Positions 12,922 through 24,875 of a stretch of DNA of 64,000 bases are shown here, in pieces; within the stretch, counting starts at the first letter, position 1; each line of letters starts with the position of its first letter. A model generated the notes under the pieces. It was not told the origin of the DNA. It did no database searches and saw only the letters and a program-made list of their open reading frames with translations. The stretch lies in assembly GCF_963921235.1 (NCBI RefSeq), contig NC_086108.1, positions 64,482,001 through 64,546,000 of the forward strand, written 5' to 3'. This DNA is from Mobula hypostoma. Taxonomy: Eukaryota. A program made the position numbers and the translations under genes.

Positions 12922-14347
12922 CAGTGCCTTGAAAAAGTACTCAGTCCCAAAAACTATTTTCACATTTTACTGTCATTTTCTAAATTTAAAATATATTGAA
13001 GCAGAATTTTTTGAGCTAATGTACAAAACATTGTGCATTGTGTCAAATCAAAAGAAAAGTTCCAAAACCTTTCAAAAACTAACTAAAAATTAAAAACCAA
13101 AATTGTAAGGCTGGCGAAGTATTCATCCCCTTTGTAATTATTATACTAACTATCCTACCTTGCCAACTCTCCTAATTTGTTGATGGAGAAAATTGGAGGG
13201 GCACCTGTTTTCAATGAATTCATAAGAATAAATACACCTTCTTACAGCAAGGCCCAACAGTATGGTAGATTTTCAACAGACCAAATCAAAATGAAATAAA
13301 GAGATCATTCAAGGCAAGGTAGGGAGATAATAACAGAGAAGCACAGATCTGGGAAAGAGTACAAGAGCATCTCAAAGGCACTGAATGAACCTCGGAGTTC
13401 AATGCAGTCCATCGTGAAAAAGCGGGAAAAATATGAAACCACAGCCATGCTGCCCTGGTCAGGCTGCTCCTTCAGACTTAGTTGCCGGAGAAGAATGGTA
13501 CTTGTAAGAGAGGCTACTGTGACACCAACAGTCACTTGGAGTGAGCTGCAGACATCAGTGGCTGCAACTGGAGATGAAGTTCATGGCTGCATATCTCTAA
13601 GGCCTTGCACAAGAGGGGTATTTATGGAAGAGTGGCAAGGAAGAAACCATGGCTAAAAACAAAACATATCTTTGCCCATAAAGATCTTGCAAATCGTCAC
13701 TTAGTAGATCCTGTAAAGATGTGGAAGAAGGTCTTGTGCTCGGATGAAACTAAGTGGAACCTTTTGGTCTCAATACTAAGTGGTACATATGGCATAAATC
13801 TAACACTGCACATCAGTCAGGTAACACAATCCCTGCTGTAAATTATGGTGGAGGTAGCATCATGCTATGAGGATGTTTTTCAGCAGCAGGGACTGGAAAC
13901 CTGGTCAGGATTGATGGGAAATACAGAGAAATAATAAAAACCTGCTAGTCTCTGCCAGAAAGTCTAAACTGGGGAGGATGTTCATCTTTCAGTTAGGGCA
14001 ACAACACAAAGCTTTGGAGTGGCTTCAAATGAAGAAAATTATCCTTGCAGGACCCAGTCAGAGTCCTGACCTTAACCCGATCAAACATCTCCGTCATGAC
14101 CTCAAGATTACTGTCCACCAATGCAGCTTGAGCAATTTTACAACGAAGAATAGGCAAATCTTGCTCCATCACATTGTGAAAAGGTATTAGAGATGTATTC
14201 AAAAAGACCACTGGCTGTAATAGCTGCGAGAGATGGGTCAACTATGCAAAACAGGGTGAATACTTTGGAACTGCTGACATTTCAGTTTTTGAATATTTAT
14301 TTTATCATGCTTTACAATTTTCCTTTTTTGTCGACACTACAGTGAAA
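12922..14347 (+). mobile_element. Second Tc1 copy of the same family, right TIR missing
   Basis: Left TIR CAGTGCCTTGAAAAAGTACTCAGTCCC; fragments GRVARKKP, VLCSDETK, PSQSPDLNPIK; colinear with the reverse complement of 6693-9037. Confidence 0.9.
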
Positions 14348-15550
14348 TAAGCATCAGACTGACTGTCATTCCTGAGTTATTGCTGCAAGAGCTATCAGGA
14401 ACACGAACTCTTTGTAAGCCTACATCCAATAATCAGCATGAAATGTGCGGCCTCTCCTGCATGACTAATCTCCAAAAATATTTGGTGTAAAATAAGTGCA
14501 TATGGTTCTTTATAAAAATCTACATGACTATAAAGGAAACATAGTTTTCATGCCGGCAGGCTAAAATACAAGAAGAGAATGCTACAGATATACCACAGAT
14601 CAGGTAACATCTGTAAATCTGTAAAGAGAGAAAGGGGTTAATATTAAAGAGAATGTACACATCTCCACTGATGTGATCTGTGTTTTTCTGTGCTTACTGT
14701 AAATTAATACATTTGCTTTGCTTTGCAATAAGCCCAACTTTCCTCTATTCATCTCTCAAGTGATATTTTAGGGACAACATCTTGAGATGTTTCCCTATTC
14801 TGTTTCTCATTGCCCTCTAGGTAAGCAGAAGGTAGAGCTAGTTCACAGCTGGTGGGGTGGCAGATGGAGTTACCTTATCTCCATGCTTTGAAAAATATCC
14901 CTGCAAGTGAAAGCTGAGTTTTTCAAATTCATGCATGCATTTGCTGCTGCATAACTCTATCAGCTTATGCATGATATGTCCTCAATGCTATAATAATTTT
15001 ACAAGGAGGAACAAAAGATTGGTATGAGGAAAAGGGTGAGAACAAGAATTCCACACCCAAAAGGGTGTGGAATCTTACAAATCTGAACCCAGTTACAGAG
15101 AGGTAGTCATGACTCTTTTGGCATTTTGCCAATTCGGTATTCGTGCCATTACTGGTAAGAGGGAGAACACCTAATGTAAGATGCATCTTATCTTGGTGGG
15201 ATGTAGATCATTCTGAATGAAACCTTCAGTCTTTCTTCTCTGCCTCTGTTTTGTCTTCTTGCCTGCCTCTACCATGTCTTCCACTTAAAGATAAAAAGTG
15301 GCAGAAATAGAGGGTGCAATGCAATAAACCCAGTCTGGCAAACAATTCAGTTCTTTGTCTCAAGCTCCCAAGTCCCTGTTGAAATCCTCAGCTATTCTTA
15401 TCTTTCCAAATGCTATAAGACAAAGAGCCAAGCTTTCCTGTACAATATATCCACATTACATAGAATTTGTCAAAATTGAACTCCATCCAAGAACATGAAA
15501 GTAAGCTGAATTTTCTAATTACAATGTTAGTTCTGAACAATATTGGGGTC

Positions 15551-16215
15551 TCATACACAAATTGTTGGAGGAACTCAGCAGGTCAAGCAGCATCTATGGA
15601 AATAAATAAAAAGTCAGCGTTTCAGTTTTAGACCCTTCCTCAGGACTGGAAAGGAAGGGGGAAGATGCCAGAATGAAAAGGTGGAGCAGATGGGGGGAAA
15701 GAAGGAGGACTAGCTAGAAAATGATAGGTGAAGCCAAGTGGATGGAAAAGTTAAAGGGCTAGAGAAGAAGGAATCTGATAGGAGAGGAGGGTGGCATGGG
15801 CTAAAGGGAAGAAGGAGGGGCACCAGAAGAGGTGATAGGCAGGAGAAGAGAAGTAAGAGGCCAGAGTGGAGAAGAGAAGAATGAAGAGGGAGGTAAAAAT
15901 ATTACCAGTAGGAGAAATCAATGTTCATGACGTCAGATTGAAGGCTACCTAGGCAGAATTTGAGGTGTTGCTCCTCCACCATGAGCGTGGCCTCATCGTG
16001 GCAGAAGAGAAGGTCATGGGCCGACATGTCAGAATGAAAAAGGGAGAGTCCTGACGAAGGGTCTCGGCCTGAAACGTCGACTGCGCCTCTTCGTATAGAT
16101 GCTGCTTGGCCTGCTGCGTTCACCAGCAACTTTGATGTATGTTGCTTGAATTTCCAGCATCTGCAGAATTCCTGTTGTTTGTGTAGGAATTTAAATGGTT
16201 GGCCACCAGGTAATT
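15551..16215 (-). mobile_element. Penelope-like 3' fragment interrupted by an oppositely oriented terminal-repeat copy (16047-16181)
   Basis: Encodes endonuclease C-terminus EEQHLKFCLGSLQSDVMNIDFS; host resumes after 16181 (AAATGGTTGGCCACC, compare ~38325). Confidence 0.85.
16047..16082 (+). ncRNA. Minimal type I hammerhead ribozyme motif (best-preserved copy)
   Basis: AGTC-CTGACGA-AGG(GTCTCGG)CCT-GAAA-CGTC-GACT: helix I AGTC/GACT, intact core, helix II, palindromic ACGT helix III, predicted cleavage after GTC 16078. Confidence 0.75.
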
Positions 16216-17024
16216 CTGATTTTGGAAAAATACCAGTCATGTAGACTCCCTGGAAAAGGAAATAAAGATAATAAATTATTAACTCTGTTTATCCTTCCTG
16301 CCTTGTGTATCATAGACCTTGCCTAAGCTTCTTGGTCAACAGAATTAGACCAGTGGGAGACTATGCATGAAATTAGCATGGGTAGTTATGCAGTACCAGC
16401 TTAAGTACATTTTTAGGTGCAAAGTAATTACTAGGCCTATGTTTGTAAATGCAAACTATTTGGTCGTGACTGTCCTTAAAAACAAAAGCTGCATTTGTCT
16501 GCTCTCAGTCTCTGCAAAGTACAGTGCTTCAGCTCAGTTGGCTTAACAATCCTTTTAAAAGGATAATCCAAACAAGTTCATGAAGAGCTGAATGATTTTC
16601 AAGCTACCAATGGAAACAGTCATCCATATTTCTTGAGGGCATACATCTTCCACATGTTGCCCTCTTTTATTGTACTATAGGCAAGGTTTGTATTTACCAT
16701 CTGCAAATCATGCAAGATGTGGGTGAAAATCTGTTTCATGGTTTAGATATGCTCCTGTGGGTTGAATATTTGAAAATATCCCCAGGGCATTTGATCATGG
16801 TATTTCTAAGCCATGGGTAATTACATGAATTATCAAGCAAGGCATACATGATTGCTCACATTCACTTCCCGTTCTTCCTGTTCTTATGATTTATCATCTC
16901 TCTTGGTGGTGCACCCCTCTTCTGTCAGTAAGGGTAATGAGGTCTGGTGGGGAGAAATCAATGTGTTTACAGTGCTCAAGCATGTGATGTTTATATTGAA
17001 CCATTCTTTGTGAAAATGTATGCC

Positions 17025-17260
17025 ATGGTGGTGGCAGGGCATTTAAGTTGCTGAGCTGCTACTCAAGGACACCAGAGGAGCAATCCAAGCGACTTAACCA
17101 AATGTCACTCTGATAGTTGTGCTTTTAAATTCAGTTAATTTTTTTTGGAAAAATTAATAATGATGACTACATAACTGGGGGATATTTGTAAAAAATATCT
17201 GGCTCATAATACGTTTTAGGGGAAAAAATCCTACTGTCCATAGTAAGCCAGTCCAACCTG
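17025..17260 (+). mobile_element. Highly decayed SINE
   Basis: Resembles a chondrichthyan SINE body (GTAAAAAATATCTGGCTCATAAT...TTTAGGGGAAAAAATCC); recognised from memory only. Confidence 0.35.
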
Positions 17261-18024
17261 GTCTTCCCAAACTTACAAATGCCTGACTATGACAACCTGC
17301 ACACAAGTGAGAGTTTAGGAAACTAGGTGGATGGATTTGTCAGCTGACGCAGGATTGCAGTGTGGGAACTTGGCATTTCCGACTTACAAACTGTTTAGGT
17401 TATGAACAATTCACAGGAGTGGACCTCTGCCAAAACCTGGGGAGGAGCTATATATGATTCCAGACCTACCAATATGGCAGACAGTTAACAGCCTCTGATT
17501 AAGCAATTCAGGTTCAAGGAGAATTAGGAGTGGGCAATAAATACTGGTCGTATTGTGTCCAGATTCTGAAAAGTCAATATAAATAAAAGGCCACTGTTTA
17601 GCATTTCATAAAAGTAAAGGATCCATCTATGTGCATCAACTGTCATTTGGAAAACAGACTTGGGTTGGTAACCTGATGTCCAATGACTCGCCGATAAAAT
17701 ACTGCTTTCGTCACTCTGAGTTTCTGGTCTGATATCATAAGGGAGTGGCTGAATTAAATGTATTGACACTCTCAACATGCTGAGCCACTTGCTGGATGAT
17801 CCTTCACATAAGGAGGCAGCTGTTACAATGAACACAAAGGAAATTAGTTCTAAGCTCCCAGCTGTGACTTGCGGGAAGCCTGTGATGATAGGGGGCTTTC
17901 AAATTACTAAAATGGCTGCAGTTGTGTAAGTTTTACCCTCCGCTAACAAAATAAAACTGAGAATTTTCTTCCAAATTATCCCACTCCCTCTTCATCTCTG
18001 ATAAATCTAGTTATACAAACATAC

Positions 18025-18305
18025 AATTATGAACAGGAATAACCCCTCAAGCATGCTCCATCATTTCATAAGTTTGTGACTGACCTGTTTGTAAATTCAA
18101 TTCAGTATTTCCATCTAACCATGGTAGCACTTTCACCCTTGCTGATCAAGAATCTATACATCTCTTCTTTTAATATATTCAGAGTCCACTTCTCATTGAA
18201 GAAAGGAGTTTAAAAGAATTATAACCTTCTGTGAGAAAAAAAATCTCATCTCTGCCTTAAATGACGTTTTATTGTCTAAACAAAAATCCCTATTTCTAAA
18301 TTCAG
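18025..18305 (-). mobile_element. Decayed CR1 3' fragment
   Basis: Reverse-complement similarity to the CR1 3' ends at 560-875 and 35950-36180. Confidence 0.55.
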
Positions 18306-20211
18306 GGGTAAAAGTTTTCTGCCTTATGACCCCTCAATAGACTAATGCTTATTCCACTGCTGATCTTGGCCCTTTACTAGTGATGGAGACACAATTCTCC
18401 TTAGCAAAAAGACACAAAGGTTTATATATGATGCAGAATAATTCAAAGTTTTCTTTCACATAGATATCTGTAAAGCTCCCCACATTTTCTTACAAGCATG
18501 GTATTAAGCATGGACAATGTAGCAATCTTTTCACCTTTTGTATGTTTTGCAACATGTAACATAATAGGAGAGGAGAAGATTGAATGACGGATGTGCTGTC
18601 GGACTCAAGCCGGCTCATGGTCTGATTCATTCATTCATTCAATTATTCAGTTTTGCAATGTGATCGTGAGTGATGCTGGGGCGAACACTGCATCTGGAGT
18701 AGCTAAGAATTCACTTAAGTACTTTACTTCCACTGGTCAACATCTTATTACCACCAAAACATTTCTGGCACAGGACTGCTGAAAGTGAGTATGTCTTGAT
18801 TCCCCTGCCTACCACCTCCCTGTTACTTTCCCAATTCTGGATGTTGGTGGAGGACCTTTCCTCCTTTTCGTTGTCAACATTACTTCCGCTATATGTTTCA
18901 AGAACCATTGCACCTTGGTTATTGAAGTTATTCTTCTTCTTCATCCTCCACCTTCTGCCATAGCTTTTCCTCTTCCAGGTAAAATTCCTGCTTTTCCTCT
19001 CCTCTTCCCTTTCACATACTGTAGCTGCTTCCCAGCATCCCTCACAGAGAGGCAAATGTCCATCAAGAAATTACAGGTCCATTATTCCAGCTCCTGTACC
19101 ACCCTCCTCTGAAGTCAGCCACTATATCATTGAACATTCAGTCAACCATCCACAAGGACAGTTGAGCGGTTAGCTTATGGTCAATTACTCAGTTATTTCA
19201 GTAACGTCCAGGCTTGCATGCTTACACATAACTTGGTGTAATTTATGCTGGGTTTTGGTCACCACAAGTAAAGTTTTATTTTTTTTATAAGTAGGAAGAT
19301 GGAAAATAAAGACATTCTGAAGTGAATTGAAGATCATTGTTACATTGGCTCTGATCACTGGAAGTTTTCATCACTTAGAGTGGACTCTGTAGTAGTCACG
19401 CAGAGCATCATTGTTGGAAGAATTTCATAGGTTTTTACTCCATTTCTGATTTCAGCAAACTGATGGACAGTAAAAATGCAAACACACAATATAAAAAAGC
19501 ATAGGCAATTTTCCTTGATGGTTTTGCATCCTGCTGCCTCTTCCTGAGCATCAACAAACCAGATTAGCTCATCATTAATACTGTTCATAGAACTTCGTTA
19601 GATGAAATGACTGCCATGCCTGTTACTTAACAACAATTACTCATCAAGAAGAAATTTATTAATTGTGAAGAACCTTACAATGTCCTGAAGACACACTACA
19701 TTCAGGATCTCTGTTGTTTTCATGTGCAAAATTGAAAGGAAGGTTTGTTATACTTTTTCGTAGTAATCGAAGTGGTTTGGCACACACATCTTCATGGGTT
19801 TCCTGTAAAATGGCTAGAATGAGATGCTTTAAACCATGTTTATGGCACAAATGGTAAAGATAGATCAGCAACTAGCATAATAGACATTCAATATAGATAT
19901 GAGTGAGATATTCCAGCTGGATGTAGCTCAGAGAAATACAGTACTGAATACAGGGGCACCGTACTGAATACAGGGGGAGAGAAACACAAGATAATTTTCA
20001 GCACTTTAGCCTTGAAAGAAAGTTTCAGAGAGGTGATTATATGATGATACATAATGAATATAAATGAATATCATGCAAAGGAAAACTTAATTTAATTTAG
20101 GCTTTGGGAAGTAAGAGGACACAGAGTCAAACTAACAAAGCATTAAATTAGACTGAATGCCAGTATGGTCTTTGTGTGAAATCTTGACAACAATCAAGTT
20201 GTTTGATATCA

Positions 20212-20534
20212 AAGCAACTCACACAAAATGCTGGAGGAACTCAGCAAGCGAGGCAGCATCTATGAAAAAGAGTACAGTTGAAGTTTCTGGCCAAGGCCCT
20301 TCATCAAGACTGAAGAAAAAAAGATGAGGAGTTAGAGTAAAAGGTGAGATTCCCCCCCCCCCACCTTCTTATGCTGACTCCTCATCTTATTCTCTCCAGT
20401 TCTGATGAAGAGTCTCGGCCCGAAATGTCAACTGTACTCTTTTCCTAAAGATGCTGCCTGGCCTGCTGAGTTCCTCCAGCATTTTGTGTATGTTGCTTGG
20501 ATTTCCCGCAGCTGCAGATTTTCTCTTGTTTTTA
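20212..20534. mobile_element. Palindromic Penelope-derived insertion (two inverted terminal repeats) with TSD
   Basis: Arm ~20214-20350 is the inverse of ~20362-20497; TTTGATATCA at 20202-20211 and 20535-20544. Confidence 0.85.
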
Positions 20535-21361
20535 TTTGATATCAGCATGATTTGTTATCAAAATAGAAAAAAATCTTGAAATTCAATCACAAAACTTCAA
20601 ATATCAAAAATACTGATGAAAAATCAGATAAGATGGAGTATAGTAATTTTTGGATACCTCAGCAAAAGTCAGAAACTAGTTTTCTTTCAGTGTAGGAATT
20701 TCATTCTCACTAACATTTTTTCCTGGCATTGAACTCTCCTGCAGAACATCAGCAACATGCAGCAAAAAATATTTATCTGCAGTAAGATTTCTCTCTCGCT
20801 TGTCTGAAAAACAAATATTCTTATTTACTCGCAGAGCAAAAAGATATCACTAACCATGTTTGCCTGAAATAAAACAGAAAATGCTGAAAAAAAACATTCA
20901 GTAGGCTAGGAATCATATAAACCAGAAAAGCTAGTTATCTGAGATTGTTGAGTTCAGTGTTACACCTTGAGGGCAGGAAAGTGCCTCATTGGAAGTTAAG
21001 ATGCTGCTTTTGGAGTTTACCTTGAGGCTGTACCACTTTTAAAAAAATACTCAGACTTCTACTCCACAGAAATTTGCGACTCCTGTGGCTTCAAATATGA
21101 TTTCTCCTCTGTTCCGTGACTGTTTTCTCCATGGGCATCAGTGTCATGGTTATGGTCAGCATCCTAACTGAGTTACCACTGATGACCTCTGCTATATTTC
21201 GTGTTCTTTTTTTCCCTCAGGACAGAGAAGCATGCAGAGCCTACACTCATTTGTCTGACTGCACAGGTATGCAGAGTTCACCTCAGACACATAGTACATC
21301 CCTTATAACATCATGCCAGGGATGAATGGATGCAGTCCTTGAGACTCTTCGTGGTCAAAGA

Positions 21362-21660
21362 ACATGCCGTAGCAGTTACAGTATCACTTTGCAGTGCCAG
21401 TGATGATAGTTTAATTCTTGCCACCGTATGCAAGAAGTTTGTACAACTTCCCCACGACTGTGTGGGTTTCCTCACACATTCCAAAGGCATATGGGTTCGG
21501 ATTAGTAAGCTGTGTGCACACTGTGTTGGTGCCAAAAGCATGGTGACGCTTGAAGGTTGCCTCCAGCACATCTTCGAACTGTGTTGGCCGTTGACGCAAG
21601 TGATGCACATTGCTGTTTATTTCAAGGTTTTGATGTACATGTGACAAATAAAGGTGATAT
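21362..21660 (+). mobile_element. tRNA-derived SINE with V-domain-like core
   Basis: Degenerate A/B boxes, TGTGTGGGTTTCCTC...CACATTCCAAAG core, tail GTACATGTGACAAATAAAG. Confidence 0.6.
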
Positions 21661-23039
21661 TTAATCTCATTGTGCTAAGATCCCTCTGACTTTTACAGGA
21701 CATTTTTCCAAACTGCTCCCATCATTGCAGCAACTATTCAGTTAGTAGCGACATTCCCCTGTGACTGGAAGAGTGCTGCTTGTAAAATGGTATGTGCCTT
21801 TAAGAGCTGGCTGCAAAGCTTACATCTGCTGTGCTACATACTGAGACCTCTGAAAGCTTGCAACACATCAATAGGGGAAACTATGCTGAGACATTACACA
21901 TGGAAAGCTACCACTTGAAGTTTAGTTCTGTATCTGACTTCACAAACACTGTTAGAAACCCATGGCCAATGACCCATGTTTAAAGGTCAAAGATGTGGAA
22001 AACAAATTCTAGGCCAAGAACTGCAAACTCATAGCAAACAAGTGTTTGTTAAAAAGGGAATGGTAATTAAGATAAAGCTTATATTGGTGAAAAGAAGCGC
22101 TCATCCCTAAGAAACATAGTTACTAGATGAAACAGAACTTTAAGGAAAAGAACAGAAATATAAGAGAGCTAGTTGAATGAATCAGAAGTGGAAAATCTAT
22201 GAAAATAAAATTAACTGCATTCACATAGTACTTCAGTGCTACAGTCATGAAGAATGGTGGGGCACTCATTTATCTTGTTTAATTGTTCTAAGCCCCCACT
22301 GTGATGTTCTGGAGAAAGATAATTAGAGTATGAGTTGTATCCAAAATTCTGTAACTTCACTTGCATTACAGATTCAAAACAGCTGTCACAGAAAGAGGCA
22401 ATCAGCCTTCATCAATATGTTATCCAGTGTAATAGCTCAGAAACAAAAACTTAAATAAAGAATATTGATCTCTAATGCCCAGACTTAGCTTTCAAAAGGT
22501 GGGTGTCAATATGGCATGATTCTACCACATGAAATAACTACAAATCTAGCATCATTCTATTCATGCTCAGGCAAGTGGCTTCGTGAGATGGATCATTTTA
22601 TTTTTACAGATCCATCCAAAAAAAATCTCATTTTACAAAACTAATGAAGCCAAAATATTATACAGTCCCAATTGAAGATGTAATTACAGAATTATCTAGT
22701 CAAGATTATGCCATTTCACTCTAATCATGTTTTATCTACATATTGCACTTTATAGTTACAGAATGAGGGTAATTATAGGTGGCAATACAAAATTTAACAA
22801 TCTTACTAATTTGATGACACTTTGAGCAGTTAAATTGTACAGAATGGAATATGTGACTCATTATAAAGAGAAAATATTACAGGAGACAGTGAAAACAATG
22901 CTTTTAGTGAAAAATATATTCTGGTTGTGATGTTTGTAACTATCTATAGATATCATCATATCAGTTGTAGTCACCAGACAGCAACATTTCACTAAGGATT
23001 ACCTCATGAAATACTATACATACCACCAGAGATTGTATA

Positions 23040-23645
23040 CAGCATGAGGTGAGGACATACACAATAAATGCTGGCGTCCCGGGCAAGATTGAGGAACAGA
23101 GGGACTTTGGTGGGCAAGTTCCATGACCTCTGAAGGTGGCAGCCTAGGTAAATTAGATAGTGAAAAAGACAAGTTACTTGCCTTCATTAATCAGGGCATA
23201 GAATAGAGACAGGATAGGCGAGAAATAGAAAAAAAAATGGCTGATGCAGGAAATCTGAAAGAACTCAGCAGAGATTAACTGTTTTTGTTTTCCTTGTATC
23301 AGAAGAAGCTGAAGAGAAATTTGATTGTGACATACAAAATGAAGAGGGGCATATAGAGCTTACAGGGTAAGAAACTTTTCCCCTGAGCAGAGATTAGGTT
23401 TAAGGCAAGAGTATGAAGTTTGTCAGGGATCTGAAAGAAAGCAAAATCACCAAGGGCGTGGTTGTATTCTTGAAAACACTGCCTACAAAGATGGTAAAGA
23501 CTGAAACTCTCGCAATATTTAAGAAATATCTAGAGGAGCCTTGAATTGCCAGGAAAGCATGGGCTAATAGTTGGGAAATGGGTTCTTCACGAGTGCATTG
23601 GACATGATGGGCCAAAGTATATGTTTCTGTGTGGTATGGATCTGA
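23040..23645 (+). mobile_element. Old CR1 3' fragment
   Basis: Patchy similarity to 28020-28720. Confidence 0.6.
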
Positions 23646-24329
23646 GTATTTAATATCGGCAATTCTAGCACACAGATCTATTAATTTTAGTATATTGAGT
23701 TCAGAATAGACTGTATAATTGTCTCCACTGGCAGAAATTAAAATAAGTAAGTTTGGCAGTTATGTTAAATTTGTGACTTCATTTAACAAACATTCCATTT
23801 CCTGGTTTTTCCAGCCTTTTTAGAGATCAGATGTAAAACATGGAGTGAATTATTGCTCTGCTACAGTTCCTACTTGTGAATAAACAGCTGTAAAATCTCA
23901 TACCACAATGAGATTTAATTGTCGATATTATATCCTAACTTTGTGTAAATATCTGGAATATCACATGAGCATCCCTTTGAAGTGGGGTTTATTGCTTTAT
24001 TAGTTATTTTTCGAGCTCAGAATTTTAAGTTTGTAAGCTACAGAAAGAGACCAATCCTTATTTTGGACTTAACTGACAAATGATTGGCTTCCCCATCTTC
24101 TGTCATTTATTCCTTGTTAAACAGCTTGGTATTTTGGTCAGAGGTAATTTCAATCTCAATCATTGACTGGATATGGAGGTTTTATTTGGCAACTCACAAC
24201 TCTGCAGCTTTATTCTTTAATATTTACATATTTCCAACAGAAGCAAAGAAAAATACTGCATTTATATACAATTATCCTTTACCAATCTGAGTGCCAAAGA
24301 AGTGTTCTTTAAATTTAATGCAAGGTTAT

Positions 24330-24875
24330 TTGTTTATTTAGAGAAACAGCATGAAACAAGCCCTTCAGGCTCATTAAGCTGTGTCCCACAGCAACCCAAC
24401 TATTTAACACTTATCTAGTCACAGGACAATTTACAATGACCAATTAACCTACCAACCGGTATGTCTTTAGACCAGTGGTCCCCAACCACCGGGCCGCGGA
24501 CTGGTACGGGGCCGCAAAGCATGAGCTACCAGGCCACGAGCAAATGATATGATTTGGCGATATGAAACGATATGAGTCAGCTGCAACTTTCCTCATTCCC
24601 TGTCACGCACTGTTGAACTTGAACACCCCTCACCCCCCACCGTCAGCCGGTCCGCAAGAATATTGTCAATATTAAACTGGTCCGCGGTGCAAAAAAGTTT
24701 GGGGACCCCTGCTTTAGACTGTGGGAGGAAACCCTCTCTGTCTTGGGAGAACATCCTCTGTCTTGGGAGAACATACATACTCCTTACTGACGATGCCAAG
24801 ATTGAACCACGAACTCCGAACTCCAAAACCCTGAGCTGTAATAGCATTGTACTAACCACCATGCTACCATGACGC
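24330..24875 (-). mobile_element. tRNA-derived SINE (HE1-like) with CR1-like tail, split by a hAT MITE
   Basis: ACAAGCCCTTCAGGC tail, CAATTAACCTAC...TGTCTTTAGAC|TGTGGGAGGAAACC core, GATTGAACC B box, CTAACCACCATGCTACC A-box end. Confidence 0.7.
24473..24711. mobile_element. hAT (Charlie-like) MITE with perfect 8-bp TSD
   Basis: TIRs CAGTGGTCCCCAA / TTGGGGACCCCTG; CTTTAGAC at 24465-24472 and 24712-24719. Confidence 0.92.

Noticed and set aside
19941..19976. Direct repeat GTACTGAATACAGGGG x2
   Set aside because: Simple local duplication with a 4-nt spacer; not an array.
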